A model generated the notes under the pieces. It did no database searches. It was not told the origin of the DNA and worked only from the letters and a program-made list of their open reading frames with translations. Below are positions 12,960 through 28,500 of a stretch of 64,000 bases of DNA, in pieces. Origin of the DNA: Chrysomallon squamiferum (lineage: Eukaryota > Animalia > Mollusca); the NCBI GenBank assembly GCA_012295275.1, contig CM022676.1, positions 13,330,001 through 13,394,000 of the forward strand. Reading direction: 5' to 3'. Within the stretch, counting starts at the first letter, position 1. Every line of letters begins with the position of its first letter. A program made the translations under genes and the position numbers.

Positions 12960-15900
12960 GTATTACGATCATAATTATTCAGCTGTTCAATTATAATACT
13001 GACATTAACTTTGATTGAAAGTAAGAGTAATTTAGTAAGCAACTAACTTGAGTAAAACTAGATTCATGATGTACCAGTATGATGAATTATTTGAATACCA
13101 AAGCTGTAAACAGTGTAATTATTAATTTTTATCGTTATCATTATTATGTTTTACTTATCCCATAACAAAATTATGCATGCAGAATAGTCTACAGGGGAAA
13201 AAATTAAAAAAAAGAATTTAACCCATTTTCTACTACTGCACCTTCTTTGGGAGTAATAGGGTGCACTTATCTTAACTGTTCTTGTAAAAGCCACAATATG
13301 CAAATCATTCTTATTTTCAGTGATTCCTGTTCCTGTATAGTTTTTAAATTTGGACAGTAGAAAAGAAAATTGTTAAAAGTATAATTTTCTATTATATATG
13401 GTATTGTTTAAGTTAATATTTTCAGTTATTTAATATGTTTTTCTTCGCACATCGCTCGCAACTCGTTTTGTTTAGCAGGTTTTTTATGTAAAAATACTAA
13501 ATAAGTATAATTCTAATTCTGATTCTATACAAGAAAGTTACAATCAGAGTTCCATGTATGCCTACATGTTAACACACACACCCACACACATTTGAAGTAT
13601 ACAGGTGAAAATATTGATTGTTTTGAAGTGCTTGTTAATTTACTTTTCTATCATATACCAAAGGTCCATGGTCACTCATGTGCCATCCATTTTTAAACAT
13701 AGTGAATTTTCAAAAACAGCAAGTTACCTTACACCTCCAGCTGAATTATGTGATGAATATGAGGTGTCATTCATAATTTAAATTATCAATAGCTTCTTCA
13801 AGTTCTTGCTGATGTGTAAGTACCTATGTCTAGCAGCAGTGGTCAATGAAAAACAGTTGAATTTGAAAATCAGCATTTTTCTTCAGAGTCAACAGATCAG
13901 GTCCTGGCTGCAAAATAAAACAAAGCATAATAGCCTAGAAAAAAGAAAAACAAATCTAAACTGATTTGACAATGACAGCAACTATGACTGCAACCAGCAG
14001 CATGCATTTGAAGACAGATCTACCAGAAAAGCAACAAAACAGCAACTTTGGCCTCTTTTTGAAACAAAGCTTGGGCCATGCTGCTGAGTCTGACTACTAG
14101 ATATTCACCAGAAAAACCTCAGTGACAATGTAATCACAGATTTGATGTAATACATGATAACATCAGACTTTTCTGTCAGTTTTCCAATTATCTGGCTATA
14201 ATATATTGCCTCAACACCCAGTGTTCAGGAAGGAACAGCAGCAATTGATCTCCATGTCTTGTATTCCCAAAGAAATGAAACGGGGTAGAAAAAAATATTT
14301 CAAAGGAAACATGCAGAGGCAGAAACAGTGTGCTTTTTGTCACATGAAAAAACTGCCAGAAGTGTTTAGTTGGACTGCACATGCATTACTTCAGACTTTT
14401 CCATAGTGTTCACTGAATCTATTTTGAAACTACATGTATTTAATTCACAGTGTTAAAACAAAAATGTTCACTTTAACTGTTAAATATGTGAAATTATAGG
14501 GGTAATGACATTTTCTTTGCATGTTCAGTGTTTTGAAATGTTAAAAAAATTGCATGTTGCAGCTAAAGTGCAAAATACATTATTTGTATGAAATAAAACA
14601 TTGCCAAAAAATGATACTTAGGTAGATATGGGTTACGGTATCTTTGTATATTTATAATCACCATAGATATTTTAAGTTGCCCTAGGTAGGTGGAGTAGGT
14701 CATTTTCATAATGTTATATATCACAGAAAGTTACAGAATGACATTTAGAGTTAAATATTTATAAGATATGTGAATACATATCACTTTAAATAGTTTATAA
14801 AATCTGAATTAGCTTATAATTTTTCTAAGTTTATGATTTGTGTAAAAATAAAAAACTGACAACTAAATCAGAATAGAAACAGTGACAAATACAATGAAAA
14901 GGATATATTTTATAAAGCAGTGAAAAGCCATTAAATTCCCTTCAAAGGGAAACTGAACAAGGACATATAACAATGTAAATTTGAAGCCAGTTTTTCATAA
15001 AAAAATATAGTTATTTTTCTTCTGATCCCATCTTCATGATCTTGTCATATACCGCTAGAAAGAACATTTTATTAGCTTACCAGAGGTCCTAAAACCAGCC
15101 ATATAACATGCCCACTTACAAAGCAGGATGCTGCAGAAGTTTGGGTACAGTTTTTGCTGCCAGCTGCATTTAAAAAGTTACATATTTCAAATTCATTGAA
15201 CAACTCATGATCAAACAGACAACATACACTTCGAGAGCAAATCTTTGTCTTTATTTCCATCAATTCATAATGATATAGGTTGCTTGTTAGCTGAGTTAAA
15301 AGTGGATAAAAAACACCAATTTTTTCACATTTGGTACACTGATCAACTGAGTTGTAACTGTCTCCCAAGTGTCATACTCATAGTAATATCAAATTATTAT
15401 CCCCTAGCCAGTTCACAAGAAAACATTAGTCAATTCATTCCACATTTTCACAATATAAGTTATTTATAGTCCAGGAGCTGGCCCATCTAAAAATATGTTG
15501 TTGTAGCACCATGAGTGTACAGGATTGATTTATAGATTTAGTTTGAGCATCATTCCAGGAATGTTTTAGGATAGGTAGTACTCTCAAATTATGATATCAC
15601 TAAATTTGCTGGAGCAGTTTGAATGGAGGAGAGTGTTACATAGTAATTGTTAGTTGATGGAGAAAGACACCATTAATAATCAAGGTCTTCCATGAGTGAT
15701 ATAATTTTTGTTCAGGTTTTTCCCATGGATAACATTAGTTATGTAACATGTGAAAAAAAAACAAAAAAATGATTATCTGAGACATTAATTTTTCCAAATT
15801 TATTTTGACACTGTTTAAAGTTTTTTTTACTTTTACCCCTTCTAATAAATTTATTCATAATCATGGCAAAATGATTCAGAAAGACTGATGGCAGATTTTG

Positions 15901-18900
15901 TTAGGATATCATCCGCCAAAATCAACTTGGCTACAGAATTAACATGGAAATTTACAAGATCTGAATAATGTTTGAGATCCTTTTATGAGTAGATTTTCAT
16001 TTCTCTGTATTTTTTAATAAAATGTCATTAATAGTATCACTATATTTTCAAAAATTATCACTGGAAAGAAATATTTTGTCTTCTAAAGAACAGTAGAATT
16101 GAAGTCAAAGCAACTCCTGTTTGAAGGTTCTTGTTTGTGAGCAGAATGATCATTCTGTTCATAAGATGTCAGTTAGACCTCATAAAATTACTATTTAAGT
16201 GATTAAATCAGGATTGAAATGATATCAGCTGGTTATATGTATATTGTTTGACTGTGGCTCCACCTTGGATAATAAATCATCAGTTATTTAGGCAAATTGT
16301 TAGTTAAAGACTTTAGCACAAAATCTGTGAAGGTTTTGAGGAGTTTATTTATTTCTGATGCTTACAAAAGTGAAAAATCTACAGTCACATGACTTCAGTT
16401 TCTAAAGTGTTGTGATCTAATAATAACCTTCATATTTGTGATTATTTATTCTTGACTTTTTACTATTTGATTTTTCTGCATTTGTGGCAATGCCTTGAAA
16501 ATAATATTGGAAATAATGATGGAATAAATGTGTTTGATTAGTGTTAGTAGGGAAAATTATAACATAATAACTGAGAACACATTACGAATTTCCTTACTCA
16601 GTCTCCTCTTTCATTTGACACTTGCTTCATTATATCCACCGCCCCATTCAACAGGTTCTCAGATACATGTATTCAGAAGTCATTTCTTAAATCTTATCCA
16701 AGTGAATCTCAGCTTCTGGCCCATTTACATTTACATCATCAAACTTGTAACTTTTGTAAGTACTATAACACTGTGATATTGATCCAAATTTTGTTCATGT
16801 ACTGTCACTGTAAAGTGCATTAAGCCGCACTCTCAGGAGGAAAGGATACTCAACAAGTCATTTTTATTGTTTTATAGCCTTTACTAGCACTAAGATTGTA
16901 TCTTGATGCTGAAGAAAACTGCAATTTGTTAAAAGAAAAAAGATGAAACCCCAAAACTTAATATTTCAGATTTTTGGATTTATCCCTTTTAAATGTATTT
17001 TATTATCTAGATCTTTTTACTCTGAGTAATTTGGTAAAAAGAAAAAAAAAATGTTTGTAGCAGAAGAAGTGAAATTATGAATTTTGAGTTTTTTTTTTTT
17101 TTTTATCTAGTGCAAATGAATGGTTTTACCAACTTTGGGTTCATATATTAATGTACATATGCTTTGCAGAGTTATGATAAAAATCAGACAATATATGGAA
17201 CAGACAGTATGACATATTATGAAATAATCTTTGTCAGAAACAAGCTGGCTTCAGAATGGGCCCTTAAAAACCATGATTTCTTCAAAATGGCAGTTATATG
17301 CAAATTGCCCTCAAAAATTAAATATGAAAAAATTAATAACTTTGGGACTATGTAACAATTTTGAATGTTTTTATCACTGAAATCAGGATAAAAAAATTAC
17401 AGTTATAGTTAGGTGTCAACCTTGTATTTTCTAAACAGAAAATCACTTTTAAGTACCTTTATCTTTTTATCTTGGAGACAAAACCCAGACTGACACAAAG
17501 AACTCTCATACTGTGACATACCACAGTGCTAGCAGAGTGATGACTATGATCTTTCAACATAGCTGATCAGGATGTAAATCTTTGGTATTTATTATCATTG
17601 AATTAATCTTTTAAAGATTGTTAAACAAAATGAAATATTTCTTTTTCTCACTTTAAAAAAAAGAAGATAATAAAGAAGATAATAATAACAAATAAAATGA
17701 AATAAATTTGTTTTTTTTTTTTCTAAGTAGGTTCAAGGATCTTTACAATGTAAAAGATATAAATTATATTAAAGTAAATGCAAATGTTAAAAATAATGAA
17801 ATGACCAAACTGAACATTTAAAATTGGAGGAATAATGGGACTGGAAATTAACAAAGTGAATTCAAAAGAAATAATTACTTAATAATTTTTGAATGTCAAT
17901 GTTGTTTTGCCTCTTTTGAGATGGCCCAAGTAAAAGCCATATGCAGTTCTTATTCTTGATGTTACCAATCTTAACCAATTGTGAGAATCTTACATAGCCT
18001 GTACACTTCCACATGTTCTTGACATAAACTCGGTTGTTCAGTGTTTGAACCAGGACTCATACTGTAACATACAATGAACAGGTAACCTCAATAGTGGTGA
18101 TATATGTATGTGATATGATGACCTGGTCAAAGTGTGTCAGGATGTATAGTAGATCTGTTACTAAGATATGTAAAACTGGTATTCTCTACTTCTGAAGGTC
18201 TGTGTTATAAGCTGAACTGTCTGAATAGCCAATGCACAGATAATTGACATAATATTTAAAAAGATAATAATATCGAAAATTCAAAATTGTAGCATTTTTT
18301 ACTTTTCCTGCCATGTAATTTTTGAATAGTTGAAAAATTACATAAATATCACATTCATGTATGAAATCTTTATTGTAATTTAATCTAAAGCAAAACAATA
18401 AATCAAAATGAAAAACTAAATATTACTTGTTTTCAAGAATGTCAGTACTATGAAAAAAGAAAAACATCCTAAACATGTGTTTTTTTATCGTGAATAAGTT
18501 GGAAATTTGTAATTTTTTTAATCTTCAGTAATAATACTATATTCCACACCTCTTCCTCCCCCTGCTGCCACTTATTGATAAGGAGTAACAAATACTTTTT
18601 CTTTGGTTTTTATGTTTTAATGAAATAAATAAACATCAACATACATTATTTCCTCGTCAGACAAATTTTTATTCTGCAGTATAACCAGAATGTTTTGGCA
18701 CCAGGCTTTAATAAAGAGTGGATGTAACCTGTACATGTCAAAAACATGCTGATTGGAAATAGACTTTTGGTTCCCTAATGCTGTTCTTGATAGATAATGC
18801 TTTTTTTTTCCTTTTTTTTTAAAGTTTTATTATTGTTATTGTTATTATTGTTGTTATTATTATTATTATTATTATCATCACCTTTATTTTTATTTATTTA

Positions 18901-21900
18901 TTATTATTATTATTAATATTATAATTTGTTTTATGTATTCTGTATTATTCTAAAATACTTAATTTAAAATGAGGAAAAAGAACAGTTATTCATATCTGCC
19001 TTAAGTGAATTAAAATTGAATGATATGTATGTATCATTGTATATATTGTATAATATATATATATATATATATAATGTATGTAAATATACATGTGTCTGTG
19101 TATATACATACACATATTTTTTACTTTTTTATTTATTTTATTTTTTAGGTTTTGTAAACCTTTCTGGTTCTCCCTCTGCTGTGTTCAGTGAAAGCTACAC
19201 ATTCCAGTGTTCTGTATCAGGCAGCATCACTTTACCTGTTAACTTTGTTAAAAATAAAGCTATTATTTGTACAGCTGTGTCATCTTGTCAACAAATTGAT
19301 TCTGTTGCTGGTTACTCTTGTACATGTGCTGGTCAGACTGGAACTTCTACACTCTTCGACCTGACAATAAACAGTGTCAGACTTGTAGATGAAGATAGCT
19401 GGACATGTAACTATGATGGAAGTATTAGCAACAATTTGGATTTACAAGTTTTCAGTAAGTTATTTTTAACTTGATTAAGTAATTTAAAAAAAAAATGATG
19501 TTGTATTTTACTGTAATAATTATTAGTTGTAGTTTATAAACAATAACAATTTTATTCAACAGTTACAGCACAATTACAAAATGAAAATTTGAATATATTA
19601 ACTGAAATTTATTAGACAAAAATGTATTAGCAAACACAAATAAAATAATTAGCTTTTTTCTGTTTAAAACTTTTAAAACAAACTACACATTTATGATCAC
19701 ACGAATAAAAAATAAAATTAATCATAATGTGTCATTATAATGGAAATACTAAGCAGAACATAATACAGTTAAAGAGAATATTTTGTATTCTGATATTTAA
19801 TCTATGACACTTTTTAAATTTATGTCAGAAAAAGAAACAATTGACATAAACTAAACATTATCTAGCAGGGGGAATCAAATAACAAAACTTTTAAAAAGAA
19901 GTGGGTTTTTTTGCACTGAAATTTAGTATGTTTTGACAGAACATTTCCTCATGTATTCTTAAATGAAGTAGATTTAACTGAGCTTCATAAAAGGCTGCAT
20001 TCTTTCACAAGTACACATCAGTCTTTAAGTTAAACTCAATGACTTAAGACAAGGTGATAAAATTACTACCAGTTTTAGGCTGTTCCAAACAAACACATTT
20101 TTTTTTTTTTTAAAATCCAGAAAAATTACTGGCTTTTTTTCTGGGGGAGCTGTTTGTTTTTAATAACAAATGACATCATTTTACAGTTGCAGCTGACAAT
20201 AAATACATAAACTCCAGATAGCACAACAATCTTATTTGATAATTTTACTTACGCTTTTATGGCACCACATGCACTCGTGTTCTAAATAAATTTAAAACAA
20301 AAAATAAATACTTTTCTTTTCTTTTTTTAAATACACTTGCTTAAAGAGAATATATTGATTACTTGCACTGAAAACAATTGTTAATTTCTCTCAAGAATAA
20401 TAGTTAATAGTGTTAGGTATTCAAGCAGAGTTTGTCAGTTGCTTTAATAATCTTGACATACTAAACACTTACACAGTTGTAGATAGTGCAGGACTAATTC
20501 ACCAGCAAACATCAAGTACATTATAAGCAAATAGATGTTCAGCAATGAATGCAGGAATAAAATAACTCATACTTAGCTATTAAGTTTTTTGTTTAACCGA
20601 TTATAATTCAAATTAATGTTCATGTATTTCCTGGGTTTTCGTGGAGGTAGATTGAAAGCAAACAAACTATATGACTGCAGTTCTTATTCAACAACCAGTC
20701 CGGACAAATTCCAAGCCAGCTGTTGATACACTAAGAAATCTGAGCAGCTCACAGACTGAAAGACTTAGACACGAGCTTATCACTTGGACCAGTGAAAACT
20801 GACCACTGGTGAAAACCTGTTAGCTGGAAAGATAACGATGAATTTGTCATTTTGGTTCCATCGAACTCCATATACAATGGCTTGCCTCATAAACATTTAT
20901 ATATGAATAATATTTTACTTATTCCATCAAAGGAATCTCATTTGATGTCAGTTCTTTCTGTCTCTTATTTAAGATGTCTTCTTTGGTGATCACATTAAAA
21001 TCTATTACTGTTTCTAACAGCTTAGTATTAGAAAATGTTCAGTATTTGGTCTGTTAGGAGTCTAGACAGATACCCTTACCATTAAATGCAGTCATCACAA
21101 ACAATTCACCTCATATATTAATGTTTAGACAAAGCTACTTTACTACATTGTTACTTGATGAACCACATGTAACTAATGAAATAAAGAACTTTGTACATGG
21201 AGCAGAACCAAATGGTTTATGACTCAACTTTCATGACATCGTTTCTGTTTTTCTATTTTCTTGATGGAATAGGCTTAATGTTGTCTTTACAAACAATTAC
21301 TCAGAGGTGTGGAACAGCAAGTTTCAAGTTGTTGTTGGACATAAACATGGTGTCAGACCCAAAAAGCAAAGTAACTGACTTATTCACTAATATTGTACAA
21401 ATGATCACATTTCCAGATTTGACAGCACTTCAAACAATAATTACATGTCTTCTGTTGCTGGAATACATCACATGCAAAGCTCTTGATTGTACTGAAATTC
21501 TGCAATCGTCTGCCAGTTTTGCTTCCATGTTGAGTCCATGTTTTAGAGTGGACTGTGAACAAAGAAGTCACTTGTAGAATAATTCATTGTTATACAGTCT
21601 GGAATTCTTTAGTTTGAGAGGACACAGAATAAATAATTGCCATTCTGTTTGTGTTCAGTACTAGATTTGGACCATGATTCTTTAGCACTGACATTCTTAT
21701 CCTTGTTTTCTACAGAAAAGTCACAGATCAGTGAGGGATAGTAGAACGAACATCTTTACAGGGAGATGTTGCTGTTTTCTTTGATAGTCATCCACTTTGA
21801 TCTTTCATTCATTATTTCACTTTTCTGGATAAATACTGAAATAGCAGCATCATTAACAGAAAACGGATGTCCATGGTATTCAGATTTCTATGTTTTGATA

Positions 21901-22917
21901 ACTTTCATGATTCTTTGGTATGTTGAATATCAATTAAAATATTTATCTGGATTAACAGAAATGACGCAGTATTTTCGGGCATTTAATTTTTAATTTATTT
22001 GTTTTTTGTTTATTTATTTATTTATTTATTTATTTATGTTTTATAAAAAAATTGTTATTTTTAAAAATATTTTTTGGAATTAAAGTCACATTGGACTTTT
22101 TAACTTTCAGTGTATATCTCTTAATATTAATTCACAAACCTAACCGTGTTTTCATAAATCTGATTTGCTTGTAAAAGTGCAGTGGTTTTAATTATTATTC
22201 ACATTATCCTAGTGCTAGGTCTTGTTGGATGTTGGAACTGGGAATGGTGTATTTGGCCTACCATTGAATTCATATTTGGCAAAGATCTGTCTCAGATTAA
22301 ATAGCATTTTTGCAAGTTTTATAAAATAATAATAATTAGAATCAATTCTTTTCTGATAATAATTTACAAAACAATTTAATTTTTAAACTTGTGATATGAA
22401 TTGAACATCTGCTTTTAACATTCTTATTTAATTATGTACAAATGTATTATAAGTATAAAATTTGTTGTTTCTACTTTAAGCAAATGCATTAAATAATTAA
22501 GAATTTTTGTTGTTGTTATCTAACCGATCTTTACCTATTTCAGCTCCAGTTAATTCTGTGAACACGAACATTTCTGGATCAAGGCCAAACTCATTTAACA
22601 TCACTGAGGGAAACTCTGCTGTTTTTACCTGTGTTGTACAGGGAGCCAAACCAGCACCGACTGTTTCACAGATCTTGTGGTACGTAGACAGTAACAAGCT
22701 CCCTGTCAACATCACTGGATCTCCCACTACTACTGACAGACTGACAACATTAAGTGTGATGTACACAGCCAGCAGAGAACATGATGGTCAGAAAGTTTTC
22801 TGTGCTGCTGAAAATAACTTGATGATTAACCAAAGTATCCCTGCTGTCAACTCATCTAACAAAATCGGATTACATATACTAAGTAATTATCTTTTATTTA
22901 TTTTATTTTTACAAACT

Positions 22918-22988
<71 letters not shown>

Positions 22989-24813
22989 AGAGTGTTTAAT
23001 ATAGTTGACAACAGATATTTAATAAGACTGACATTAATATAACATTAGAACTGCAAATTCATATCAGTAATTCATATCTTACAGTTTGGTAAAAATAATT
23101 ATGAAGATTGTTTAAAATGTCTGGTTCAAACCAATGATTGCAATATTAGATATATCTAATGCGCATCTGTGTGCATGTATGTGTAAAATTTCTCTAGGTA
23201 TTTACTTGTAACATTGCCATAATATCTTTTTTATATCTATTACATAAATCATTCATAAAACTTTATTTTTTATTTTTAATCAATAAAGAAAACTAATCTG
23301 AAACTACTTTTTATTTTATAGTACTATTTACATATTTTTTTGATAATAAAACTAAATAAAAAATATTAATAGAAATTTTCACTTCAGCTGTATATGGGAA
23401 GTGTGAATGGAATACCATTGTTTTTTTAAAAGCTAACAGTCTACTGAATTCAACTCTTCATTGAAAATTCATAAATTTCATACTATTTAGTTTTATTATA
23501 TTAAAAATGAAGCAGATTTTATTACTTATTCATTTTTGTAAATAAATTGTATCTAATTTTGAGAGGTATTTTGTAATGCATAGAATTAATAATTTCTCTT
23601 ACATATCAGCTTTACAGCTAAACAAAATTATCATATTACAACAAAGCTTGCACCACAAATAAACATTGTTCATGATCCAGAAACTAACGTGAAAAGAAGA
23701 TTGTTCACTCTGCTTAAGATGTACTAAATAATGATCTGTCAAGAGTAGATATCAGTAGATATTTGACTTCATTCTTGTTCAGAAGTGAAACTGAAATCTT
23801 CTAGCTTAATAGGTAGTACTGAGCTGAACTGAAATAACATTTTTCCCATGTTTATCAAACAATCAGTTAATTATTAAATAATTAAATTAAATTTAACATA
23901 TTTTTTATAATTTTGAAATATTCACTTACAGGACCACCAGACTTTCCTTCTACAAGTGGTGAGTGTCCAGATACTTACATAGAGTCAGGACAGAGTGGAA
24001 CTTGTGTGTGTAACACCACTTTTCTAGGAACACCTGCTGGCACAGTAAGCTGGATAACTCCTGATGGAACTGACACACACACACAAACTCTTGTCTTGAA
24101 ATCCATTAACAGAAAGTACAACAATCAGAACTACACTTGTCAAGTGAGAAACTATGTGGAGACCAGAAACTTGACATTTACAACAAAACTAGCATGTATG
24201 TTTACAATATCATTGTTAGAATTTGAATATCATTAATTTCTCTGCTTGTAATACTTCTGTGATTCACTCTTATTGTAAATTATTATTACTATTATTATTA
24301 TTGTTATTATTGTTGTTGTTGTTGTTGTTGTTGTTGTTATTATTTTGGATTGTTTGAAATAGTTCTAGTGACATAAAGTAAATTGTTCTTCAAGAAAATG
24401 AACATATATATTTTTGTGTGTGTTTTGTAAGATCACAGAAACAATATATTCTTAAAATGTTTTAAATTTTAGTTGGTCCTGACAGAACTAATATAACTGG
24501 AAACCAAGATAATTTTGATGCTGATGGAATCAGAAAATTGACCTTGACCTGTAAAAGTGCATCATCAAGTCCCAGTGTGAACTTTACTTGGAGAAATCTC
24601 ACTAGTGGTCAGATTCTGATTTCAAACGAACCAATCAGAGAACAAGACGCTGGTGATGGAGGAAAGCTGTTTAGTCAGAATCTGGTTTTGGTTCCACAGT
24701 GGTATCAAGATGGAGATGAAATAGAGTGTGAAACACAGAATTCTCAGATATCTCAACAAAATTCTAAAACAAACACTACACTGAGTCTGATTTGTGAGTA
24801 CAATGTAAAATAT

Positions 24814-24879
<66 letters not shown>

Positions 24880-25449
24880 AAATAAACTGATTTTGAATAT
24901 TTACTCGTTTTGGATAGAATTAGGTTCGGGTGCCATAATATGATTTTTTTACCACAGTTTGGACTCTAACACAACCTAGATGTATTTAACTCATTCACTG
25001 AAATTAAGAGTAAGGATAAGCCATGTGAGGAGATGGGAACATGTAACAGGGTTGATTTTTTTGTCAAAAATAGAGTGACAATTAACAAAACAGATAATGA
25101 CAATTTTGTTTTCAGATCCACCTGTGGATCCTCCAGAAATAAGAGGATACAAGACAGGACAAGTGATTTATGAAGGAGACACACTGAACATTCGCTGTGT
25201 TGTGTCAGGTGGTAAACCTCTAGTGTCATCAGTAAGTCTGTCTTGTGACACAGATCACATGAACACTTCATCTGAGAGAGATGAAAACAGTGTTTTTGTA
25301 GATTTGTCTTTTACAGTTACAAGAAATCTCAACTCTAAGACTTGTCAGTGCAATGCAGTTCACCAGACTCACAGATATAATCTCACAGACACTCAAACAC
25401 TTACTGTGTACTGTAAGTATATAACAACAACAATAGTAATAATAATAAC

Positions 25450-25480
<31 letters not shown>

Positions 25481-25498
25481 GTAGTAGTAGTAGTAGTA

Positions 25499-25531
<33 letters not shown>

Positions 25532-28500
25532 ATAATAATAAAGATGAAAATAATGACGGAAATGATATTGATGGTGATGATAATGATAATAATAATAACA
25601 GTAACAATGACGAAAGCAACAGTAAAAACACAGAAAGGAAATTAACAAACATAATGATCAGAACACTAAAATACTTTGTTTTCTTGTTTTACTTTTTTAT
25701 TATTCTTAAAGTATTTTTATTTCGTCATTTTAATAAATTCTTTATACTGTTTTATTTAGATCCACCATCAACTCCAGACCTGGTTTCAAGTCAGAGTTTT
25801 CCGTGGTTAGAAGGTCAGAGTAGAAACCTGACTTGTGCAGTGTCTGACAGAGGAAATCCTCCAGCTGTGACTGTCTGGTTTAAAAACGGAGTGAAAGATT
25901 CCACACACACAAACACCTGCTGGCTGTTCAAACATCTGTCCTACACAGACAACAGACAGACATTTATGTGTCAGGCTACAAATAACTTCACACTCCACAA
26001 AAACGATCCAAAGTCATCTGAAAATAAAACACTAAATGTTTACTGTGAGTACTGTGTGTTTTAATGAAACAAAATTTTTGTATAATGAAGTTTTTGTTTC
26101 ATTTCACATATGCTGAGTACTCTGAAAGGAAATTAGATCTTCAGGACATTTGAACATATAAACGTATTATATAGAGCATGGGTTTATTTTATTCGAATTT
26201 GGAGAATTTTCTGTTTATTGAAACAAATATGTTCTTTACTATTTACAGTTTATATATTATTTCTTTCTTGATTAACATATTCAATTTTTCATTTCGACAC
26301 AAATGTTTCTTTAATTATTTTACATATTCATTTTTCTCTTGGATATTCAAATATTTGCTGTTACCATTTTTCTTTAAATTTCATTTTTATGTATTATTTA
26401 AAATACTGCCAAACTAAGTCGTTTGTCAAATTTGTTTTCTCTTTTCTATTTTCTGTTTTCTATTCCTGAACAAATAACTACAAATAAATACGTTCATACT
26501 GCTAAAATAATTTGGACATTAGTTCTGAAACTAAAATTGTAAAAGGGAAGTTGAAGGAAAAGTGAACATTAAAAAAAATACTCTAGTCTCATGATGTTTA
26601 TTTAATAACAGTTACAATGACAAAATGATTGTGGAAAAATATGAGGTGAAACCACAGTTTACATACTTTTAATTTTCATGTTTATACCATTCTCATTTTT
26701 AAAGACTGTCCATGAGTGAGTATTGATAAATCTGGACCAATCATAACGCAGGAAGGACAAAGTCTGGATGTAGTAAACTGTTCAGCAGACAGCAATCTTC
26801 CAAACACAACACTCAACTGGACATCAACCTCACCTCACTGGACTGGTGGTTTCCCTTTACATATTCCAGTACTTGACAGAGACCACCATGGTACATACAC
26901 GTGTACAGCAACAGTGTCATCTTCACTGGCAACACTAACTGGAACATCTCAGATTAAAATTGTAGTTAACTGTGAGTATTTATATGTTAAAACACAAATT
27001 GTCTGTGTTTTCTGTTAAATTTAATTTCTGTTTACTATTTATTATCAGTGATTTGTTTATAAAATGGAATTGTAAATGTATATATAAAATATTTATAAGA
27101 CAGTATCTGATTTTGCTTAGTCTAACCTAGTCAGTGTATTCTGTTACCATTAGGCAGACAGTTAGATTATCAAGTGTGTGACAGTAATGACTTGTTTAAC
27201 TTGATGACTTGACTTATTACTGTAAATTTAGTAATTGTTTACAGATGCTCCTGATCTGACTTTTCCTTCTTCAAACACAACTGAAAACACGTCACTGAAT
27301 ATCAACTGTTCTGCTGATGGTCGTCCTGACAACATGAACTTCAGACACTTCAAACATTACTGGAATGACGTGTTTATTCAAGATGTGTCAGGAACAAAGG
27401 TAACGGGTAATCAGTACAGATTGAAGTTTAATCCTGTTACGTTTGAAGACAGTGGAATTTACGTCTGTAGTGTGGAAAATGGAATCCCAGACAGGAATGG
27501 AAGTTTACTACAAAACAAAACCAGCAATGTTTATGTTAAAGGTATCAATCTGTAATTTAATAACAAAACAATGTTTTATTTTTTTCTTGCATAACCTATA
27601 TAATACCTAAGTTAACATCTGTTCAGTATCATGTTGCAAATGTCTATGCAGGTTCATAAATTACTACTCAGTTCTAAAATTTATTGTATAATTTAGCTGT
27701 ACAATATTATTCAATTTTAAATAATCCTAATTGTGAAGAAAATTATTTCACTGTATTTATCTTGTGTATGTATATATATATGGATGTACCTTTTTAAAGA
27801 TATTTGATAAACTCAGTTTTGGAATTTCATTTTCTTTTTACACGGTTATAAGCATTATTTCACCCTTTCCTTAAAACTGCACTAAAAGTTGATGTAAGGA
27901 CTCATAACTAAAAAAGCTTAAAGTATATCAGATGCTGGGTGAAGCAGACTACATTTAAAATTTTATTTGTTGTTCCATATTTACAAAAAAAATAAAATAA
28001 ATAAATATACAAGTTAGTCAATTGACATGCTGCCAGAGATCAAGGGGTCAAACCTGGAGTTTATAAATCAGCACATTTTATTTATAATCTGTGAATTCAC
28101 CTCTGGCACTGAGACATTTAATATGTCTTTGTTTTATGCTGTTAATCAGACCAATTTGCATCTTTGGAGTAAATATTAATATTTAACAAATCTTTACTGG
28201 ATTAATATATAATTTGTTATCCATGTTACAAGAAATTTAATAGTACACATGTCAGTACATGTCTGTCTAGATTTTCTTTGTTCAGCAATAATGAGATACA
28301 AGCTCAGATTGCCTTTGGTATTTGTACATATATAATGTTTGATATTTTAATTTTTTTAATTTATTTTTTGGTAGTTGAATCTCAGCAGTTTATAATTGGC
28401 ACAGGAATTAACAGTTTGAAAAATGTATATTTATTAATGGTGTTAAAATAAGTTATATTTAACTAAAAACACACAAACATTCAGTCAGTGATGACATTGT

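Noticed and set aside
20600-21960. Coding-like intronic segment in gene A intron 2, partly shared with 56500-57110
   Set aside because: Stops in all frames and no family I can name; used only as a marker of the shared block.
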